A stretch of 64,000 bases of DNA, from the NCBI RefSeq assembly GCF_024223415.1, contig NZ_CP100500.1; one strand, written 5' to 3'. Position numbers and translations under genes: made by a program. Position 1 is the stretch's first letter; every line of letters begins with the position of its first letter. The notes under the pieces were generated by a model. That model was not told the DNA's origin, did no database searches, and saw only the letters and a list, made by a program, of their open reading frames with translations. This DNA is from Escherichia coli. Its GTDB lineage: Bacteria; Pseudomonadota; Gammaproteobacteria; Enterobacterales; Enterobacteriaceae. Positions 1 to 10,635 of this stretch are shown one piece after another.

Positions 1-989
1 AATTCCTGATCGCGGAAGACGGTTAAACCTTCTTTCAGGCTGAGCTGGAACCAGTCGCGGCAGGTCACTCGGTTACCGGTCCAGTTATGGAAATATTCAT
101 GGCCGATAACGCGTTCAATATCGAGGTAATCTTTGTCGGTGGCGGTGTCGGTGCGGGCCAGCACATATTTGGAGTTAAAGATATTCAGACCCTTATTCTC
201 CATTGCGCCCATATTGAAGAAATCCACCGCGACGATCATATAGATGTCGAGGTCATACTCCAGGCCAAAGCGTTCTTCATCCCATTTCATGGAGTTTTTC
301 AGCGAGGTCATCGCCCACGGCGCGCGATCAAGGTTGCCGCGATCGACGTACAGCTCCAGTGCTACTTCGCGACCAGAACGCGTGGTAAAGGTATCGCGCA
401 GTACATCAAAGTCGCCTGCCACCAGCGCAAACAGGTAGCACGGTTTCGGGAACGGGTCCTGCCACTGTACCCAATGGCGTCCGTTTTCCAGTTCGCCTTG
501 CGCAACGCGGTTACCATTGGAAAGCAGGAAGGGATATTTGATTTTATCGGCAATAATTTTGGTGGTAAAACGCGCCAGCACGTCCGGGCGGTCGAGATAA
601 TACGTAATATGGCGGAAACCTTCGGCTTCACACTGGGTGCAAAGCGCATCGCCTGACTGATAAAGCCCTTCCAGCGCCGTATTCGCCGCCGGGCTTATTT
701 CATTAATGATCTTAAGCGTAAAACGCTCCGGCAAATTACTGATGACCAGTGCGCCCTCTTCTTCTTTCCAGGCGGTCCACGGCTCATCATTAATATGAAC
801 AGAAACCAGTTTGAGGTCTTCGCCGTTGAGACGAAGCGGAGCATCTGATGCACCATGACGGACAGCCTGGCTGACCGCGGTAACGACCGTCTTTTGCGCG
901 TCGAGGTCAAAGGTCAAGTCAATATCAGTAATCTGGTAATCCGGCGCACGATAATCGTGACGGTATTTGGCTTGTGGCTGTTGAGTCAT
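1..989 (-). CDS. pepN: Aminopeptidase N, N-terminal part (3' end cut by window edge)
   Basis: Reverse-strand reading from ATG at 987-989 gives MTQQPQAKYRHDYRAPDYQITDID...; zinc motif HEYFHNWTGN present; divergent from pncB as in E. coli. Confidence 0.9.
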   Translation of the reverse strand, partial: MTQQPQAKYRHDYRAPDYQITDIDLTFDLDAQKTVVTAVSQAVRHGASDAPLRLNGEDLKLVSVHINDEPWTAWKEEEGALVISNLPERFTLKIINEISPAANTALEGLYQSGDALCTQCEAEGFRHITYYLDRPDVLARFTTKIIADKIKYPFLLSNGNRVAQGELENGRHWVQWQDPFPKPCYLFALVAGDFDVLRDTFTTRSGREVALELYVDRGNLDRAPWAMTSLKNSMKWDEERFGLEYDLDIYMIVAVDFFNMGAMENKGLNIFNSKYVLARTDTATDKDYLDIERVIGHEYFHNWTGNRVTCRDWFQLSLKEGLTVFRDQE

Positions 990-1254
990 AAATAACCTTT
1001 AGCATCTTTTATAGAGTCTGGTGTTCAGTCTATTCCTGTTGCGTAAATCGCGCTATGCAGAATCTTCATCTTTTCAGGCACAAACGCCTTTATTGCTACA
1101 TTTTTATAACATACACCGCGTAATGCCATCGACCAGAAAGGTGGCATATGGTGTGATCGGGGTTCAATAAATTGCGAAACAAGGTATACTCCAGCAGTTC
1201 CTGAAGATGTTTATTGTACTAAACGCTCCTGTACGAGGACGCTACTGCGCACCT

Positions 1255-2457
1255 ATGACACAATTCGCTTCTCCTGTTCTGCACTCGTTGCTGGATACAG
1301 ATGCTTATAAGTTGCATATGCAGCAAGCCGTGTTTCATCACTATTACGATGTGCATGTCGCGGCGGAGTTTCGTTGCCGAGGTGACGATCTGCTGGGTAT
1401 TTATGCCGATGCTATTCGTGAACAGGTTCAGGCGATGCAGCACCTGCGCCTGCAGGATGATGAATATCAGTGGCTTTCTGCCCTGCCTTTCTTTAAGGCC
1501 GACTATCTTAACTGGCTACGCGAGTTCCGCTTTAACCCGGAACAAGTCACCGTGTCCAACGATAATGGCAAGCTGGATATTCGTTTAAGCGGCCCGTGGC
1601 GTGAAGTCATCCTCTGGGAAGTTCCTTTGCTGGCGGTTATCAGTGAAATGGTACATCGCTATCGCTCACCGCAGGCCGACGTTGCGCAAGCCCTCGACAC
1701 GCTGGAAAGCAAATTAGTCGACTTCTCGGCGTTAACCGCCGGTCTTGATATGTCGCGCTTCCATCTGATGGATTTTGGCACCCGCCGCCGTTTTTCTCGC
1801 GAAGTACAAGAAACCATCGTTAAGCGTCTGCAACAGGAATCCTGGTTCGTGGGCACCAGCAACTACGATCTGGCGCGTCGGCTTTCCCTCACGCCGATGG
1901 GAACACAGGCACACGAATGGTTCCAGGCACATCAGCAAATCAGCCCGGATCTAGCCAACAGCCAGCGAGCTGCACTTGCTGCCTGGCTGGAAGAGTATCC
2001 CGACCAACTTGGCATTGCATTAACCGACTGCATCACTATGGATGCTTTCCTGCGTGATTTCGGTGTCGAGTTCGCTAGTCGGTATCAGGGCCTGCGTCAT
2101 GACTCTGGCGACCCGGTTGAATGGGGTGAAAAAGCCATTGCACATTATGAAAAGCTGGGAATTGATCCACAGAGTAAAACGCTGGTTTTCTCTGACAATC
2201 TGGATTTACGCAAAGCGGTTGAGCTATACCGCCACTTCTCTTCCCGCGTGCAATTAAGTTTTGGTATTGGGACTCGCCTGACCTGCGATATCCCCCAGGT
2301 AAAACCCCTGAATATTGTGATTAAGTTGGTAGAGTGTAACGGTAAACCGGTGGCGAAACTTTCTGACAGCCCTGGCAAAACTATCTGCCATGATAAAGCG
2401 TTTGTTCGGGCGCTGCGCAAAGCGTTCGACCTTCCGCATATTAAAAAAGCCAGTTAA
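1255..2457 (+). CDS. pncB: Nicotinate phosphoribosyltransferase
   Basis: ORF track 1207..2457; start moved to internal Met ([25 protein letters not shown]...) giving 400 aa. Confidence 0.93.
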   Translation: MTQFASPVLHSLLDTDAYKLHMQQAVFHHYYDVHVAAEFRCRGDDLLGIYADAIREQVQAMQHLRLQDDEYQWLSALPFFKADYLNWLREFRFNPEQVTVSNDNGKLDIRLSGPWREVILWEVPLLAVISEMVHRYRSPQADVAQALDTLESKLVDFSALTAGLDMSRFHLMDFGTRRRFSREVQETIVKRLQQESWFVGTSNYDLARRLSLTPMGTQAHEWFQAHQQISPDLANSQRAALAAWLEEYPDQLGIALTDCITMDAFLRDFGVEFASRYQGLRHDSGDPVEWGEKAIAHYEKLGIDPQSKTLVFSDNLDLRKAVELYRHFSSRVQLSFGIGTRLTCDIPQVKPLNIVIKLVECNGKPVAKLSDSPGKTICHDKAFVRALRKAFDLPHIKKAS

Positions 2458-2463
2458 TATCAT

Positions 2464-2490
2464 CAGGGAGCTAATCGGCTCCCTTTTTTT
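2464..2490 (+). terminator. Rho-independent terminator after pncB
   Basis: GC hairpin GGGAGCtaatcGGCTCCC followed by T7 run. Confidence 0.7.
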
Positions 2491-2626
2491 ACCTTTAATT
2501 CCGAAATCTTTCGCTGCATTTGCGAATTCTGCTTGTCTGATTGCAGATGCCAGGTAACATAGGTATCCCCCCCATTTACGGGTGGACAAGTGTTTATTTT
2601 TTTCGACTATTAACAGAGAGAATATT

Positions 2627-4027
2627 ATGAGCGTTGTGCCTGTAGCCGACGTACTCCAGGGCCGCGTAGCCGTTGACAGCGAAGTCACCGTACGCGGATG
2701 GGTACGTACCCGCCGAGATTCAAAAGCTGGCATCTCCTTCCTCGCCGTTTATGACGGTTCCTGCTTTGATCCTGTACAGGCTGTCATCAATAATTCTCTG
2801 CCCAATTACAATGAAGACGTCCTGCGTCTGACCACCGGTTGCTCGGTCATTGTGACGGGTAAAGTCGTGGCGTCGCCGGGCCAGGGGCAACAATTTGAAA
2901 TTCAGGCCAGCAAGGTTGAAGTTGCTGGTTGGGTTGAAGATCCAGACACTTACCCGATGGCGGCAAAACGCCACAGCATTGAGTATCTGCGTGAAGTCGC
3001 TCACCTGCGTCCGCGCACAAACCTGATTGGTGCCGTCGCGCGCGTTCGCCATACGCTGGCGCAGGCGCTGCATCGCTTCTTTAACGAGCAGGGATTCTTC
3101 TGGGTTTCAACGCCACTGATTACTGCGTCTGATACCGAAGGGGCTGGCGAAATGTTCCGCGTTTCTACGCTGGATCTGGAAAATCTGCCGCGTAACGATC
3201 AGGGCAAAGTGGATTTCGACAAAGACTTCTTTGGTAAAGAGTCTTTCCTGACCGTATCTGGCCAGTTGAACGGCGAAACCTACGCTTGCGCATTATCCAA
3301 AATTTATACCTTCGGCCCGACTTTCCGTGCTGAAAACTCCAACACCAGCCGTCACCTGGCGGAATTCTGGATGCTGGAGCCGGAAATGGCGTTTGCTAAC
3401 CTGAACGATATCGCAGGTCTGGCTGAAGCCATGCTGAAATATGTCTTCAAAGCGGTTCTCGAAGAACGCGCTGACGACATGAAATTCTTCTCTGAACGCG
3501 TAGATAAAGATGCCGTTTCACGTCTGGAACGCTTCATTGAAGCCGATTTTGCGCAGGTGGATTACACCGACGCAGTGACCATTCTCGAAAACTGCGGCAG
3601 GAAGTTTGAAAACCCGGTTTACTGGGGCGTTGATCTCTCTTCTGAGCATGAGCGTTATCTGGCGGAAGAACACTTTAAAGCACCGGTAGTGGTTAAAAAC
3701 TATCCGAAAGATATTAAAGCGTTCTATATGCGCCTTAACGAAGACGGTAAAACCGTTGCGGCTATGGACGTTCTGGCTCCGGGCATCGGTGAGATCATTG
3801 GTGGCTCCCAGCGTGAAGAACGTCTGGACGTGCTGGACGAGCGTATGCTGGAAATGGGCCTGAATAAAGAAGATTACTGGTGGTATCGCGATCTGCGTCG
3901 CTACGGTACCGTTCCGCATTCAGGTTTCGGTCTTGGTTTTGAACGCCTGATTGCTTACGTAACTGGTGTGCAAAACGTGCGTGATGTGATTCCGTTCCCA
4001 CGTACTCCGCGTAACGCCAGCTTCTAA
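2627..4027 (+). CDS. asnS: Asparaginyl-tRNA synthetase
   Basis: ORF track 2582..4027; start moved to [16 protein letters not shown]... (466 aa); class II aaRS motifs. Confidence 0.95.
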   Translation: MSVVPVADVLQGRVAVDSEVTVRGWVRTRRDSKAGISFLAVYDGSCFDPVQAVINNSLPNYNEDVLRLTTGCSVIVTGKVVASPGQGQQFEIQASKVEVAGWVEDPDTYPMAAKRHSIEYLREVAHLRPRTNLIGAVARVRHTLAQALHRFFNEQGFFWVSTPLITASDTEGAGEMFRVSTLDLENLPRNDQGKVDFDKDFFGKESFLTVSGQLNGETYACALSKIYTFGPTFRAENSNTSRHLAEFWMLEPEMAFANLNDIAGLAEAMLKYVFKAVLEERADDMKFFSERVDKDAVSRLERFIEADFAQVDYTDAVTILENCGRKFENPVYWGVDLSSEHERYLAEEHFKAPVVVKNYPKDIKAFYMRLNEDGKTVAAMDVLAPGIGEIIGGSQREERLDVLDERMLEMGLNKEDYWWYRDLRRYGTVPHSGFGLGFERLIAYVTGVQNVRDVIPFPRTPRNASF

Positions 4028-4040
4028 TTTAGCGTCTTCA

Positions 4041-4069
4041 AGAGCCAGCACCCGCTGGCTCTTTTTTTA
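4041..4069 (+). terminator. Rho-independent terminator after asnS
   Basis: Hairpin AGAGCCAGCacccGCTGGCTCT followed by T7 run. Confidence 0.75.
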
Positions 4070-4418
4070 TCCTTTCTGTCAAGTTATCTGTTTGTTAAGT
4101 CAAGCAATCTATTTGCAACCCCGCCATAACGATCATCCTGTTACGGAATATTACATTGCAACATTTACGCACAAAAAATAACCCGCATTCTTATTGCGGA
4201 TTAGTTTTTTCTTAGCTAATAGCACAATTTTCATACTATTTTTTGGCATTCTGGATGTCTGAAAGAGGATTTTGGGCCAGGTCGATAAAGTTTCCATCAG
4301 AAACAAAATTTCCGTTTAGTTAATTTAAATATAAGGAAATCATATAAATAGATAAAAATTGCTGTAAATATCATCACGCCTCTATGGAAATATGACGGTG
4401 TTCACAAAGTTCCTTAAT

Positions 4419-4480
4419 TTTTACTTTTAGTTACATATTTTTTCTTTTTGAAACTAAATCTTTATCTTTGTAGCACTTTC
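4419..4480 (+). promoter_or_regulatory. ompF promoter-proximal OmpR-binding region
   Basis: AT-rich tract TTTTACTTTTAGTTACATATTTTTTCTTTTTGAAACTAAATCTTTATCTTTGTAGCAC about 150 bp upstream of ompF ATG; matches the OmpR F1-F3 region as I recall it. Confidence 0.6.
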
Positions 4481-4629
4481 ACGGTAGCGAAACGTTAGTT
4501 TGAATGGAAAGTTGCCTGCAGACACATAAAGACACCAAACTCTCATCAATAGTTCCGTAAATTTTTATTGACAGAACTTATTGACGGCAGTGGCAGGTGT
4601 CATAAAAAAAACCATGAGGGTAATAAATA

Positions 4630-5700
4630 ATGATGAAGCGCAATATTCTGGCAGTGATCGTCCCTGCTCTGTTAGTAGCAGGTACTGCAAACGCTGCAGA
4701 AATCTATAACAAAGATGGCAACAAAGTAGATCTGTACGGTAAAGCTGTCGGTCTGCATTATTTCTCCAAGGGTAACGGTGAAAACAGTTACGGTGGCAAT
4801 GGCGACATGACCTATGCCCGTCTTGGTTTTAAAGGGGAAACTCAAATCAATTCCGATCTGACCGGTTATGGTCAGTGGGAATATAACTTCCAGGGTAACA
4901 ACTCTGAAGGCACTGACGCTCAAACTGGTAACAAAACGCGTCTGGCATTCGCGGGTCTTAAATACGCTGACGTTGGTTCTTTCGATTACGGCCGTAACTA
5001 CGGTGTGGTTTATGATGCACTGGGTTACACCGATATGCTGCCAGAATTTGGTGGTGATACTGCATACAGCGATGACTTCTTCGTTGGTCGTGTTGGCGGC
5101 GTTGCTACCTATCGTAACTCCAACTTCTTCGGTCTGGTTGACGGCCTGAACTTCGCTGTTCAGTACCTGGGTAAAAACGAGCGTGACACTGCACGCCGCT
5201 CTAACGGCGACGGTGTTGGCGGTTCTATCAGCTATGAATACGAAGGCTTTGGTATCGTTGGTGCTTATGGTGCAGCTGACCGTACCAACCTGCAAGAAGC
5301 TCAACCTCTTGGCAAAGGCAAAAAAGCTGAACAGTGGGCAACTGGTCTGAAGTATGACGCGAACAACATCTACCTGGCAGCGAACTACGGTGAAACCCGT
5401 AACGCTACGCCAATTGATGGCGGCTTCGCCAACAAAACGCAAGACGTTCTGTTAGTTGCGCAATACCAGTTCGATTTCGGTCTGCGTCCGTCCATCGCTT
5501 ACACCAAATCTAAAGCGAAAGACGTAGAAGGTATCGGTGATGTTGATCTGGTGAACTACTTTGAAGTGGGCGCAACCTACTACTTCAACAAAAACATGTC
5601 CACCTATGTTGACTACATCATCAACCAGATCGATTCTGACAACAAACTGGGCGTAGGTTCTGACGACACCGTTGCTGTGGGTATCGTTTACCAGTTCTAA
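4630..5700 (+). CDS. ompF: Outer membrane porin OmpF (356 aa; loop variant relative to my memory of K-12)
   Basis: Signal peptide [38 protein letters not shown]..., C-terminal ...VGIVYQF. Confidence 0.95.
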   Translation: MMKRNILAVIVPALLVAGTANAAEIYNKDGNKVDLYGKAVGLHYFSKGNGENSYGGNGDMTYARLGFKGETQINSDLTGYGQWEYNFQGNNSEGTDAQTGNKTRLAFAGLKYADVGSFDYGRNYGVVYDALGYTDMLPEFGGDTAYSDDFFVGRVGGVATYRNSNFFGLVDGLNFAVQYLGKNERDTARRSNGDGVGGSISYEYEGFGIVGAYGAADRTNLQEAQPLGKGKKAEQWATGLKYDANNIYLAANYGETRNATPIDGGFANKTQDVLLVAQYQFDFGLRPSIAYTKSKAKDVEGIGDVDLVNYFEVGATYYFNKNMSTYVDYIINQIDSDNKLGVGSDDTVAVGIVYQF

Positions 5701-5724
5701 TAGCACACCTCTTTGTTAAATGCC

Positions 5725-5756
5725 GAAAAAACAGGACTTTGGTCCTGTTTTTTTTA
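5725..5756 (+). terminator. Rho-independent terminator after ompF
   Basis: AAAAAACAGGACtttgGTCCTGTTTTTTTT. Confidence 0.75.
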
Positions 5757-5884
5757 TGCCTTCCAGAGCAATCTCACGTCTTGCAAAAACAGCCTGCGTT
5801 TTCATCAGTAATAGTTGGAATTTTGTAAATCTCCCGTTACCCTGATAGCGGACTTCCCTTCTGTAACCATAATGGAACCTCGTC

Positions 5885-7075
5885 ATGTTTGAGAACATTA
5901 CCGCCGCTCCTGCCGACCCGATTCTGGGCCTGGCCGATCTGTTTCGTGCCGATGAACGTCCCGGCAAAATTAACCTCGGGATTGGTGTCTATAAAGATGA
6001 GACGGGCAAAACCCCGGTACTGACCAGCGTGAAAAAGGCTGAACAGTATCTGCTCGAAAATGAAACCACCAAAAATTACCTCGGCATTGACGGCATCCCT
6101 GAATTTGGTCGCTGCACTCAGGAACTGCTATTTGGTAAAGGTAGCGCCCTGATCAATGACAAACGTGCTCGCACGGCACAGACTCCGGGGGGCACTGGCG
6201 CACTACGCGTAGCTGCCGATTTCCTGGCAAAAAATACCAGCGTTAAGCGTGTGTGGGTGAGCAACCCAAGCTGGCCGAACCATAAGAGCGTCTTTAACTC
6301 TGCAGGTCTGGAAGTTCGTGAATACGCTTATTATGACGCGGAAAATCACACCCTTGACTTCGATGCACTGATTAACAGTCTGAACGAAGCTCAGGCTGGC
6401 GATGTAGTGCTGTTCCATGGCTGCTGCCATAACCCAACCGGTATCGACCCTACGCTGGAACAATGGCAGACACTGGCACAACTCTCCGTTGAGAAAGGCT
6501 GGTTACCGCTGTTTGACTTCGCTTACCAGGGGTTTGCCCGTGGTCTGGAAGAAGATGCTGAAGGACTGCGCGCTTTCGCAGCTATGCATAAAGAGCTGAT
6601 TGTTGCCAGTTCCTACTCTAAAAACTTTGGCCTGTACAACGAGCGTGTTGGCGCTTGTACTCTGGTTGCTGTTGACAGTGAAACCGTTGATCGCGCATTC
6701 AGCCAAATGAAAGCGGCGATTCGCGCTAACTACTCTAACCCACCAGCACACGGCGCTTCTGTTGTTGCCACCATCCTGAGCAACGATGCGTTACGTGCGA
6801 TTTGGGAACAAGAGTTGACTGATATGCGCCAGCGTATTCAGCGTATGCGTCAGTTGTTCGTCAATACGCTGCAGGAAAAAGGGGCAAACCGCGACTTCAG
6901 CTTTATCATCAAACAGAACGGCATGTTCTCCTTCAGTGGCCTGACAAAAGAACAAGTGCTGCGTCTGCGCGAAGAGTTTGGCGTGTATGCTGTTGCTTCT
7001 GGTCGCGTAAACGTGGCCGGGATGACACCAGATAATATGGCTCTGCTGTGCGAAGCGATTGTGGCAGTGCTGTAA
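5885..7075 (+). CDS. aspC: Aspartate aminotransferase
   Basis: 396 aa, [36 protein letters not shown]... Confidence 0.95.
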   Translation: MFENITAAPADPILGLADLFRADERPGKINLGIGVYKDETGKTPVLTSVKKAEQYLLENETTKNYLGIDGIPEFGRCTQELLFGKGSALINDKRARTAQTPGGTGALRVAADFLAKNTSVKRVWVSNPSWPNHKSVFNSAGLEVREYAYYDAENHTLDFDALINSLNEAQAGDVVLFHGCCHNPTGIDPTLEQWQTLAQLSVEKGWLPLFDFAYQGFARGLEEDAEGLRAFAAMHKELIVASSYSKNFGLYNERVGACTLVAVDSETVDRAFSQMKAAIRANYSNPPAHGASVVATILSNDALRAIWEQELTDMRQRIQRMRQLFVNTLQEKGANRDFSFIIKQNGMFSFSGLTKEQVLRLREEFGVYAVASGRVNVAGMTPDNMALLCEAIVAVL

Positions 7076-7080
7076 GCGTT

Positions 7081-7117
7081 AAAAACAATGAAGCCCGCTG
7101 AAAAGCGGGCTTTTTTA
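7081..7117. terminator. Bidirectional terminator between convergent aspC and ycbL
   Basis: A5-GCCCGCTgaaaAGCGGGC-T6. Confidence 0.75.
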
Positions 7118-7124
7118 TGCGCCT

Positions 7125-7772
7125 TTACCAGACGGGCATTTCGTCTTGCAGGAAGGGATTATGCAGGCGCTCATAACCAAGTGTGGATAATGGTCCGTGA
7201 CCCGGAATAAATGTCACGTCATCCCCCAGTGGCAGCAACTTATCTTTGATTGAAGAAATCAGTTGATTATGATCGCCACGCGGGAAGTCACTGCGCCCTA
7301 CTCCGCCTTTGAAAATAACATCGCCAGAAATCAGCAGCTTTGCCCGATCATCAAAAAACACGACATGACCCGGCGTATGCCCAGGGCAATGTAACACCTG
7401 TAAAGTCACATTCCCTATGCTGATGGTATCGCCTTCGTTCAGCCAACGATCTGGCGTCAGCGGCTGGCACTCTTCCAGACCAAACATACGACTTTGCGCA
7501 GGCAAGCCTTGCAGCCAGAACTCATCTTCTTTTTCCGGACCAAAAACCGGCACGCCGTAATGTTGCGCCAGTTCCGCCGCTGCGCCAACGTGGTCCAGAT
7601 GACCATGCGTCAGCAGGATCTGCATCAGTGTCAGGCCGCTGTCATCAACTTCCTGTTTGATTTTTTCCGCATCGCCGCCAGGATCGACCAGTGCGGCCAG
7701 GCGGGTTTGTTCACACCAGATCAATGAACAGTTCTGGGAGAATGCGGTGACCGGAATAATACGATAGTTCAT
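7125..7772 (-). CDS. ycbL: Metallo-beta-lactamase-fold hydrolase (glyoxalase II family)
   Basis: 215 aa; THGHLDH metal-binding motif. Confidence 0.85.
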   Translation of the reverse strand: MNYRIIPVTAFSQNCSLIWCEQTRLAALVDPGGDAEKIKQEVDDSGLTLMQILLTHGHLDHVGAAAELAQHYGVPVFGPEKEDEFWLQGLPAQSRMFGLEECQPLTPDRWLNEGDTISIGNVTLQVLHCPGHTPGHVVFFDDRAKLLISGDVIFKGGVGRSDFPRGDHNQLISSIKDKLLPLGDDVTFIPGHGPLSTLGYERLHNPFLQDEMPVW

Positions 7773-7798
7773 ACTGCCCCTGTTTCGTTAAGCAATTA

Positions 7799-8347
7799 CT
7801 ACCAGTGCCGTGCTGGCCCGGTATCAATATGCACAAAGTTACTACGTGGGTAATATCCTACACCACCTGCGCGCATAGATAACGCGGCTTTGCGAATATT
7901 GCTTAACGCGATACCTTCAATATGGAAATCCATCGCCTGGCCTTTAGTGTGATAGCTTTTCTTCGCTACTCCACGGCTGCGGGCGCGTAGTTCATTGTTG
8001 GTATCAATGGAACGATAACCGGAAATGAGTTGCACCGGTTTGCGCGTGCCTAATAACCCTTGCAGGCGATACAACTGGTCGAATAATCCTGGGTCGATGG
8101 ACTTTATTTTGTTCGCGCGGTAATCGCGGAAAAAATGGTTAAGTTTTGCCAATTCTTCCTGAATATAGCCTCTGCCATCGAAAAACTCCGCTTTGATTGA
8201 CTCTCCGGTATGAAGATTATTGAGTGTCAAAATGCGCGGGCGTGGGGTAGAGAGTGTTGCAAACGCAGGGGTCGGCAGGATGGCGGCACCGAGTGCAACG
8301 CCACCAAGCGCCAGCAATTTGCGGCGATTAGCGTCGAATTTGTCCAT
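7799..8347 (-). CDS. mepK: Peptidoglycan L,D-endopeptidase MepK (YcbK), Tat signal
   Basis: ORF track 7799..8356; start moved to MDKFDANRRKLLALGG (twin-arginine motif), 182 aa. Confidence 0.85.
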   Translation of the reverse strand: MDKFDANRRKLLALGGVALGAAILPTPAFATLSTPRPRILTLNNLHTGESIKAEFFDGRGYIQEELAKLNHFFRDYRANKIKSIDPGLFDQLYRLQGLLGTRKPVQLISGYRSIDTNNELRARSRGVAKKSYHTKGQAMDFHIEGIALSNIRKAALSMRAGGVGYYPRSNFVHIDTGPARHW

Positions 8348-8527
8348 GATAATCAAGTCTACAGGTCAATGTTATCGTTTATATGCACTTCTGGCGCACA
8401 AGAGGCACCTTAACCGCCCGTAAAGCAGACGTCAAGATGACTCAACCCCAGCAGTGACGGGGGCTGCAGAGAACCACCCCCAATCATGCTAATTATTACG
8501 ACAACTGATTTCCCCGAACTACTTCAT

Positions 8528-10375
8528 TTACCTGATTAATTGTTCCGCTTTCGATACGATTTGCGAGCTGGATCGCGCAGGCAGATCATAATTGTAAATA
8601 TCTGTACGATACTGGGTACGACCATCTGCACCAACAAAGGCCGTCAGGTAGTAGAGATTCACCGGAATCGACTGCCGAATATTGACGTAACGTGTATCAC
8701 CCTGCTTCAGCGCATCAGAAATACGTTTGTCATTCCAGCCTGCATCCTGCAACAGCATATTCGCCAGATCGGAAGCTTTATTCACTCGTACACAGCCTGA
8801 GCTCAATGCGCGTGTATCACGCTTGAACAGATTGTGGTTCGGCGTGTCATGCAAATAAATGGCCTCTGAACTCGGCATATTGAATTTATAGCGCCCCAGC
8901 GAGTTCCGTGGGCCTGGAGCCTGCTGGAAGCGAAACGGTAAATTCGAGGCCGTGATTGTAGACCAGTCAACCTGCCATGGGTCAATCGCTTCTCTGCTGT
9001 TCCAGCCGCGCATCACCGTATAGCCATGGCTTTCGAGATATCCCGGATCGTTGCGCACTTTCGGCAGAATATCTTTGCGTGCCAGAGTTGGTGGTACGTT
9101 CCACGGCGGGTTTACCACTACGTTGTTAAGTGCACTGCTCATCATCGGCGTTTTGCGATCGGGGCGACCGACAATGACTCGCGAATCCAGCACCTGATTG
9201 CCGTTCTGATAGTAGACCAGCGAATAGGCCGGAATGTTAACCATGATCCCGGTAGAAAGCTCTGTTGGCAGCAAGCGCAATCGCTGGATGTTGAGTGCCA
9301 ACACGCCAGCACGCTGGGCGGGCGTTACGTTTAACCAGTCCCGCGTTGCCGGGCCAATAGCACCATCTGCCCCCAATCCTTGCCATGCCTGAAAACGTTT
9401 AACTGCTTCCACCAGTTCATTATCGTAGGCGGCACGAACGGCAGGCGCAGGTTTACTACGAGACGTCGTTTGCTTGTCCATCGGCTTAGTTTCTGCTGTT
9501 TCAACAGTAACAGCGGATGGGCTGACTACCGCGTCAGTTGGCGTGTCATCGCCAGGTAGAGTAATTTTCGGCCCCCCGTCCAACATGCCTGTGCGTTGCA
9601 ATATTTCACGCAACGCCGGTACGTCGTTACTCCACTGCCCTGGGCGCAACGTTGCTTTGCCGGTCAGTTGGGGCCACGGTTTGGTGTCACTGAGTAAGGC
9701 CAGTAACGATTCATGCATCGCCGCATATTGCGGATGCTGCGGTGCCAGTCCTGCAACAAACGTAGGCAATTGACCTTTATCCAGCGCTAGCTGCCATTGG
9801 TTAATCACCGAAAGCGGCGGCGTTGAAAGCGCATAAGGTTTACTGCTATATAGCCAGCGAGTGCCTTTGACCGGAATATTTGCAATGAAATGGAGATAGC
9901 CCATCATCGCATCAGAGAGCACCACGTCACGTGCCATCCCGTTAACACCAGGATCGGTCAGTAACTCTACCCATTTATTAAACTGCGGCTGGAAACCAGC
10001 AATCGCCACCTCTGCCAGCTGTTGCTGGAAGGCTTTAACAGCATCACGGTTTTCCCACATGGGTTGCATATCGCGTGCGGCATACAACAGTTGAAGCTGG
10101 TTAAGATAAACCGGCTTGTAACCTGCGGGTAATTGAGATTCGATTTGCGTGCGGGCTTTTTCTGCCGCACCTTCAGGCAATGGCTGGATCCCCGCCATTA
10201 TTGCCGTGGCTTGCGCCTGCGGCAGTGCCTCGCCCTGTTCACTGACAGCCACCGGGCTGTCGCCAGGGATTACTTCAGGCTCATCGGCCTGCGCATTGAA
10301 CAGTGGAGCGAATGTTACGGCCAGGCACAAACTGATTGCCGACAGCCGACGACCACACATCATATTAAGCAACAT
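8528..10375 (-). CDS. ldtD: L,D-transpeptidase LdtD (YcbB)
   Basis: 615 aa, N-terminal signal peptide, C-terminal YkuD-like catalytic region. Confidence 0.85.
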   Translation of the reverse strand: MLLNMMCGRRLSAISLCLAVTFAPLFNAQADEPEVIPGDSPVAVSEQGEALPQAQATAIMAGIQPLPEGAAEKARTQIESQLPAGYKPVYLNQLQLLYAARDMQPMWENRDAVKAFQQQLAEVAIAGFQPQFNKWVELLTDPGVNGMARDVVLSDAMMGYLHFIANIPVKGTRWLYSSKPYALSTPPLSVINQWQLALDKGQLPTFVAGLAPQHPQYAAMHESLLALLSDTKPWPQLTGKATLRPGQWSNDVPALREILQRTGMLDGGPKITLPGDDTPTDAVVSPSAVTVETAETKPMDKQTTSRSKPAPAVRAAYDNELVEAVKRFQAWQGLGADGAIGPATRDWLNVTPAQRAGVLALNIQRLRLLPTELSTGIMVNIPAYSLVYYQNGNQVLDSRVIVGRPDRKTPMMSSALNNVVVNPPWNVPPTLARKDILPKVRNDPGYLESHGYTVMRGWNSREAIDPWQVDWSTITASNLPFRFQQAPGPRNSLGRYKFNMPSSEAIYLHDTPNHNLFKRDTRALSSGCVRVNKASDLANMLLQDAGWNDKRISDALKQGDTRYVNIRQSIPVNLYYLTAFVGADGRTQYRTDIYNYDLPARSSSQIVSKAEQLIR

Positions 10376-10635
10376 CCCTTGCCCCCTGTTTTTATCATAC
10401 TCTGAATAGCCAGGCTGTTATTTTACGACTTGCCTGTACAACGCCAATACTCACGAAAGTATGACGAGCAAGCCTGTTACTCATCAGGCTTATCTTCAGT
10501 ATATAAACGCCGATACGTTTTTACATAACCTAATGTAAAGAAGTTTAAAGAAAAGCGCGCCGTAATGTGCCACTTTTTTAGTGCAGAAACGGAGTTTTCG
10601 GAAAAAGAAAAGGCGGCATTGCTGCCGCCTTAATT

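Noticed and set aside
4672-5442. 256-aa minus-strand ORF
   Set aside because: Antisense to ompF.
8400-8527. Possible REP/ncRNA element between mepK and ldtD
   Set aside because: No convincing palindromic unit or conserved motif recognised; treated as ordinary intergenic sequence.
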